This document shows, in pieces, positions 59,115-64,000 of a stretch of DNA of 64,000 bases (position 1 is the first letter of the stretch; each line of letters begins with the position of its first letter). A program made the translations under genes and the position numbers. The stretch comes from Alphaproteobacteria bacterium (GTDB lineage: Bacteria > Pseudomonadota > Alphaproteobacteria > GM7ARS4 > G965262615): assembly GCA_965262615.1 (NCBI GenBank), contig OZ253545.1, forward strand, positions 704,001 through 768,000, written 5' to 3'. The notes below the pieces were generated by a model that worked only from the letters and a program-made list of their open reading frames with translations, was not told the origin of the DNA and searched no databases.

Positions 59115-60047
59115 CTATTTGCGGGTGAGCTGGCGAAAAATATCTTCTAAATCTGATTGGCGGGTTGTGATGTCACGAATGACAATGCCGCTCGCACGGC
59201 AGGCATCCAGCAGAGGCGCAACGGAGGTCTCCCGACTGGCATAGGGAATGCGGATGTGAAAATCATCGGTGCGCTCGCCTCCCAGTTGGTGCAGTTGCTG
59301 GCTGATATCGCTGATTTTTTGCTCGCTGGTGATGATGAGTTCTTTTTGGTCAATGCGCGCCAACAGGTTGGCTTTGGCATCACAGGCGATGACTTTGCCC
59401 TTGTCAATGATGGCGATGGTGTCGCAGAGCTCTTCGGCTTCCTCCAGATAGTGGGTGGTGAGAATGATGGTGGTGCCTTGACTGTTGAGCTCACGCACCC
59501 GCTCCCACAATTTTTGCCGCAATTCAATGTCCACGCCGGCGGTGGGTTCATCCAGCACGAGGATGGGCGGCTGATGCACCATGGCTTTGGCAATCATCAG
59601 CCGCCGCCGCATTCCGCCTGACAGACTGCGCGGGTAGGAATCTGCCTTATCTCTCAATTCCAGCATCGTGAGCAATTCATCGGTGTGGCGATTTTTTTTG
59701 GTGACACCATAGAGTCCCGCGTGCAGTTCCAAAATTTGACGGGGTGTGAAAAAGGGGTCTAGGTTCAATTCTTGTGGCACGATGCCGATGTGCATTTTGG
59801 CATTGCGATGATCCTCATCAATGTCAATATCCCAGATATGAATCTTGCCGCTGGTTTTGCGCACGAGTCCTGCCAGAATATTGATGAAGGTGGATTTGCC
59901 CGCCCCATTGGGACCCAGCAGAGCGAACAGGGAGCCGCGCGGGATGTCCAATTGCAATTGGTCAAGTGCCACAAAGGCGGATTTGCCCTTGCGATAGATT
60001 TTGCTCAACCGATGGGCACGCACCGCGATGTCTGGTGTTGGGGTCAT
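59115..60047 (-). CDS. ABC-2 type transporter ATP-binding protein (YadG-like)
   Basis: GPNGAGKST, LSGGMRRR, LDEPTAGVD and TTHYLEEAE. Confidence 0.93.
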   Translation of the reverse strand: MTPTPDIAVRAHRLSKIYRKGKSAFVALDQLQLDIPRGSLFALLGPNGAGKSTFINILAGLVRKTSGKIHIWDIDIDEDHRNAKMHIGIVPQELNLDPFFTPRQILELHAGLYGVTKKNRHTDELLTMLELRDKADSYPRSLSGGMRRRLMIAKAMVHQPPILVLDEPTAGVDIELRQKLWERVRELNSQGTTIILTTHYLEEAEELCDTIAIIDKGKVIACDAKANLLARIDQKELIITSEQKISDISQQLHQLGGERTDDFHIRIPYASRETSVAPLLDACRASGIVIRDITTRQSDLEDIFRQLTRK

Positions 60048-60421
60048 AGTTCACGCAATTGGGAGCGAATGGCTTTGAGCTGCCCAAGGATGGTGCTCAG
60101 TTCGTGCGCAATATCGGGCGTGGGATTTGCGGTGGGCGGCTTTGTTTCTTCTTGTGGCGCGGCGGCTTTGGGGGCTGGCTGTGTGTTCTCCTCGGTGAGG
60201 ATTTTTTGCGCGCCTTTGATGGTGTAGCCGTCTGTGTAGAGCAATTGTTTGATGCGCTGCAGCAGTTGCATCATGGCATCATCGTAGTAGCGTCTGTTGT
60301 CTCCTGGCTTGACGGGGACGAGCTGGTCAAATTGCGTCTCCCAGTAGCGCAGGACATGTTGCGGCAGTTCCAGTGTGGTGGCGGCTTCGCCGATGGTTTT
60401 GTAGTGTTTGTCGTCACTCAT
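60044..60421 (-). CDS. MerR family transcriptional regulator (ihfA-linked)
   Basis: TIGEAA..LELPQHVLRYWETQF, RRYY and GYTIKGAQ. Confidence 0.9.
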   Translation of the reverse strand: MSDDKHYKTIGEAATTLELPQHVLRYWETQFDQLVPVKPGDNRRYYDDAMMQLLQRIKQLLYTDGYTIKGAQKILTEENTQPAPKAAAPQEETKPPTANPTPDIAHELSTILGQLKAIRSQLREL

Positions 60422-60713
60422 GATGTGACCGTTTTTTCAATTGGCTGGAGGGGCGAAAACTGATGGTGCGCTTGGCGGGCACATAAATTTGCTCTCCCGT
60501 GGCGATACTGCGCGCCATGCGGGGTGCTTTGTGATAAATGGTGAAGCTGCCGAAATCACGAATTTTGACGCTGCGATGATGCGCCAGCTCGGAAGTGATG
60601 ATATCAAAGCAATCGCGCACCATGAGCTGACACAGATTTTTAGAAAGTCCCATGTGTTGATGCAACCGCTCGGCGATGATGTCACGGGTGAGGGTGTTTT
60701 GCGTTGGCTTCAT
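60414..60713 (-). CDS. ihfA: Integration host factor alpha (divergent)
   Basis: TLTR, VKIRDFGSF, RMARSIATGE and ISFRPSSQLK, upstream of merR. Confidence 0.82.
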   Translation of the reverse strand: MKPTQNTLTRDIIAERLHQHMGLSKNLCQLMVRDCFDIITSELAHHRSVKIRDFGSFTIYHKAPRMARSIATGEQIYVPAKRTISFRPSSQLKKRSHHE

Positions 60714-60731
60714 GATTGCATTGTGTGGCGG

Positions 60732-61529
60732 TTAGGAGGGAGTGTCAAGCGACTGGTGTTGCCAGCCGAGACTTTGTCCGCCATCCACACTGATGGTTTG
60801 TCCCGTGACGGCATCATTGTGCAACAAAAAAGAGACGGCGTGAGCCACAGTGGCAGGAGTGCCGCCGTGCCCAAGAGGCATACGCAGGCATTGTTGGTGA
60901 AAATCAGCGGCGGATTGTTGCTCATCAGGCAAAATGGGACCTGGCGCGACTTCATTGACTCGCACCTGTGGCGCAAATGCCAGTGCCATGCAACGAGTCA
61001 TGCCGTGCAGCACATATTGACTCATGGCGTAGGTGGCAAAATGAGGCGTCATGTTAAACACGCGCTGGTCGCTGATGTGAATGATACAGCCGCGCTGGGT
61101 CTCAGGCAGAGAGCGGACAAAATGCTGCGATAAAAAAAACACCGCCTTGGCATTGATAGCCATGGTCTCATCCCACTGAGCGGGCGTTGCATCGCGGTAG
61201 GTGTCTGGCAAAAAGATTGACGCATTGTTAATCAGCGCACCGAGTTCTTGATGATGACGATGAGCTTCCTTCACGATGGCATCGGTGTCATCGCGCACAT
61301 CACCTATGATGACGCTGGCTTTGCGTCCTTTTTGTTCAATCTCGGCTTGCAAGGTGCGCGCCTCATCGGCGGAACGGTGGGCATGAATGGCAATATCCCA
61401 GCCCTCGTTCGCCAGATGCAGAGCGATGGCGCGTCCAATACGGCGCGCACCACCCGTGATGAGCGCGATTTTCGGCACGGGCGGCAGAGTTGTATGTGTC
61501 ATTCCATCAATATGAAGTGAATCACTCAT
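60732..61529 (-). CDS. SDR oxidoreductase, pteridine reductase/FolM-like
   Basis: ITGGARRIG, NNASIF, RVNEVAPG and TGQTISVDGG. Tyr motif reads YAMSQ, lacking the usual Lys. Confidence 0.85.
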   Translation of the reverse strand: MSDSLHIDGMTHTTLPPVPKIALITGGARRIGRAIALHLANEGWDIAIHAHRSADEARTLQAEIEQKGRKASVIIGDVRDDTDAIVKEAHRHHQELGALINNASIFLPDTYRDATPAQWDETMAINAKAVFFLSQHFVRSLPETQRGCIIHISDQRVFNMTPHFATYAMSQYVLHGMTRCMALAFAPQVRVNEVAPGPILPDEQQSAADFHQQCLRMPLGHGGTPATVAHAVSFLLHNDAVTGQTISVDGGQSLGWQHQSLDTPS

Positions 61530-63583
61530 GAGACTTTAGCTTGTTTTCTTTTGAGTTTTTTCTTGGCAATGGCACGGCTTCCGCCGCCACTCAATAAATG
61601 GTTTTCTTGTAGCTCGCGAATGGTGTCGCGTAGTCTTGCCGCGTTTTCAAATTCTAAATGCTCCGCCGCGGCAATCATGTCTTTGGTGAGCCGCGCCACC
61701 GCTTGTTCCACCGATTCGCCCTCTTGTTGGGCATCATTTCTTGCGACTTGCAAATTCATTTCGCCGTAGTCGCGCTCGCACATGTCATCAATAATATTGC
61801 TGACGCTCTTTTGCACCGATTGCGGCGAGATGTTGTGTTTTTTGTTATATGCCAGTTGTTTTTCTCGTCTGCGCGCGGTTTCATCAAGCGCGTGCTGCAT
61901 GGACGGGGTGACGCTGTCACCATACAGAATCGCTTGTCCATCCTGATGGCGAGCGGCGCGTCCGATGGTTTGCACCAATGATGTGTGGGAGCGCAAAAAA
62001 CCCTCCTTGTCGGCATCCAAAATGGCAACAAGGCTGCATTCGGGAATGTCCAAGCCCTCGCGCAACAGATTGATGCCAATGAGCACATCAAACACGCCCA
62101 AGCGCAAATCACGAATGATGGCAATGCGCTCCAGTGTGTCAATGTCCGAGTGCAGATAGCGGGCATTGATGCCGCACTCGCCCACATACTCACTCAGTTT
62201 CTCCGCCATGCGCTTGGTGAGTGTGGTGACAAGCGCGCGCTGTCCCTTGCCAATCACCTGGCGCAAGCTGGCAATGAGGTCATCCACCTGCGTGGATGCC
62301 GCCCGCACATGGCACACGGGATCCATCAATCCTGTGGGGCGCACGATTTGCTCAACGCATGTATGGGTTGCTTGCTCCCGCTCCCATGTGGCGGGGGTGG
62401 CAGAGACAAAAACAGTCGGCGGACGCATGCCATCCCATTCGGCAAACATCAGCGGACGATTGTCCATGCACGAGGGCAGGCGAAAGCCATGCGCCGATAA
62501 GGTCTCTTTGCGGCTGCGATCCCCCTTGTACATCGCTCCCAGCTGCGGCACGCTCACATGGGATTCATCCACAATGAGCAGGGATTCGTCTGGAAAGTAT
62601 TCAAACAATGTGGGCGGCGGCGCACCGCGTGTTCGTCCCGTGAGATGGCGCGAGTAGTTCTCAATGCCTTGACAACTGCCGGTGGCGGCAATCATCTCCA
62701 AATCATAATGAGTGCGCTGACGCAACCGTTCCGCCTCCAGCAGCTGATTGTTGCCCTCCAATTGGGCAAGGCGTTCTTGCAGTTCTTGGCGAATGGTGGT
62801 CATGGCTCGCTTGAGGGCTGGCTTGGGCGTGACATAGTGGCTGTTGGCATAAATGCGAATAAAATTCAGCGTCGCACTGATGCTGCCGTCCAGCGGGTCG
62901 CATTCGTGAATGGTCTCCACCTCATCGCCAAACAAGGACAATCGCCAGATTTTATCCTCATAGTGAGAGGGAAAGACTTCAATGGAATCGCCGCGCGCTC
63001 TGAATGTGCCGCGCTTGAGTTCTATGTCATTGCGGCGATAGTGCAGTTCGGTCAGGCGTTTGAGAAAGGCACTGCGCGGCAGAGTCATGCCGCGAGCGAT
63101 GTCAATCACCATTGAGCCATAGGTTTCGCGGTCACCAATGCCGTAGATGCACGAGACGCTGGCGATGATAATCACATCAGACCGTTCAAACAGGGCGCGA
63201 GTGGCATCATGACGCATGCGGTCAATCTGTTCGTTGATGGTGGATTCCTTTTCTATGTAGGTGTCCGAAGAGGGAACATAGGCTTCGGGCTGATAGTAGT
63301 CATAATAAGAGACGAAATAATGAACGCCATTGTGAGGGAAAAAATTCTTCATCTCGCCATAGAGTTGCGCCGCCAGAATTTTGTTGGGCGCAAGAATGAG
63401 GGTGGGCTTTTTGTAACGCTCAATGACATTCGCCATCGTGAATGTTTTGCCGGAGCCCGTGACTCCCAGCAGCACTTGGCTTTTTTTGCCTTGCTTGAGT
63501 CCATCCAGCAGAGCGTCACAGGCGGCGGGCTGGTCGCCAGCGAGGACAAAATCGGACTCTATGACAAAATCATTGTGTTGCAT
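61526..63583 (-). CDS. uvrB: Excinuclease ABC subunit B
   Basis: GVTGSGKT, YYDYYQPEAY, DESH, INLLREGLD and QTIGRAAR. Confidence 0.99.
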   Translation of the reverse strand: MQHNDFVIESDFVLAGDQPAACDALLDGLKQGKKSQVLLGVTGSGKTFTMANVIERYKKPTLILAPNKILAAQLYGEMKNFFPHNGVHYFVSYYDYYQPEAYVPSSDTYIEKESTINEQIDRMRHDATRALFERSDVIIIASVSCIYGIGDRETYGSMVIDIARGMTLPRSAFLKRLTELHYRRNDIELKRGTFRARGDSIEVFPSHYEDKIWRLSLFGDEVETIHECDPLDGSISATLNFIRIYANSHYVTPKPALKRAMTTIRQELQERLAQLEGNNQLLEAERLRQRTHYDLEMIAATGSCQGIENYSRHLTGRTRGAPPPTLFEYFPDESLLIVDESHVSVPQLGAMYKGDRSRKETLSAHGFRLPSCMDNRPLMFAEWDGMRPPTVFVSATPATWEREQATHTCVEQIVRPTGLMDPVCHVRAASTQVDDLIASLRQVIGKGQRALVTTLTKRMAEKLSEYVGECGINARYLHSDIDTLERIAIIRDLRLGVFDVLIGINLLREGLDIPECSLVAILDADKEGFLRSHTSLVQTIGRAARHQDGQAILYGDSVTPSMQHALDETARRREKQLAYNKKHNISPQSVQKSVSNIIDDMCERDYGEMNLQVARNDAQQEGESVEQAVARLTKDMIAAAEHLEFENAARLRDTIRELQENHLLSGGGSRAIAKKKLKRKQAKVS

Positions 63584-63666
63584 GGAGAAATCCCTTGCAC
63601 GAGGCGACAAACGGCATTATGAAACAAATGAAGCATTTTCCCCAGATGTGTGACTTACTTTCATAG

Positions 63667-64000
63667 ATGACCGCATTCATGCCCACCATAGCGACACGGC
63701 TTCATTCTATCAAGCCGTCACCCACTCTGCAAATGACCAAAGAGGTGAATCGGCTGCGCCGCGAGGGCGTTGATGTCATTGGCTTGGGGGCGGGTGAGCC
63801 AGATTTTGACACGCCAGACTTCATCAAAGCCGCCGCCATCAAAGCCATTGAGGAGGGCAAGACCAAATACACAGCGGTGGACGGCATTAGCGATTTGCGG
63901 GAAGCAATCGCGGCGCGCTTTAAGAGACGATATCGTGTAAATTGTGTTGTTGACAATGTCCTTGTGGGCTGTGGGGCGAAGCATATTTTGTTCAATGCCT
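63667..64000 (+). CDS. PLP-dependent aspartate aminotransferase (3'-truncated)
   Basis: Translates as IKPSPTL...DVIGLGAGEPDFDTP...TKYTAVDGI...GCGAKHILFNA and runs off the window. Confidence 0.9.
   Translation, partial: MTAFMPTIATRLHSIKPSPTLQMTKEVNRLRREGVDVIGLGAGEPDFDTPDFIKAAAIKAIEEGKTKYTAVDGISDLREAIAARFKRRYRVNCVVDNVLVGCGAKHILFNA

Overview
This looks like a compact alphaproteobacterial chromosome segment, possibly host-associated (inferred from the secreted ankyrin protein, the giant repeat protein and broken operon synteny). It opens with a 5'-truncated >3,450-aa surface protein that has six Cys-capped repeat modules and a C-terminal subtilase. A Fic gene with a triple operator and a TM0106-nuclease islet at tRNA-fMet come next, then a SpoU methylase, an ankyrin protein and cobQ. 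A 10.6-kb array of ten translationally coupled, mosaic GT2-like glycosyltransferase paralogs is transcribed divergently from recA-rimP-nusA-infB. After tRNA-Val (with a duplication scar) come hup-lon-clpX and an intact comM. comM is flanked by two NYN ribonuclease genes, each preceded by a promoter, a short structured RNA and a terminator. The rest holds a GmrSD-like nuclease, ubiA-dprE1-dprE2-gshB, an acylase-GH3-methyltransferase operon, pgi, mutL, a 21 x 13-bp tandem repeat, lanthanide-type xoxF-xoxG-xoxJ, an ABC ATPase, merR, ihfA, an SDR, uvrB and the start of an aminotransferase. The best candidates for an undescribed system are (1) the diversifying GT array, with variable-length amphipathic tails and an A9 tract in its promoter spacer, and (2) the NYN nuclease plus leader-RNA cassettes, which resemble type III toxin-antitoxin loci. 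All calls come from motif recognition by eye; no database searches were run.
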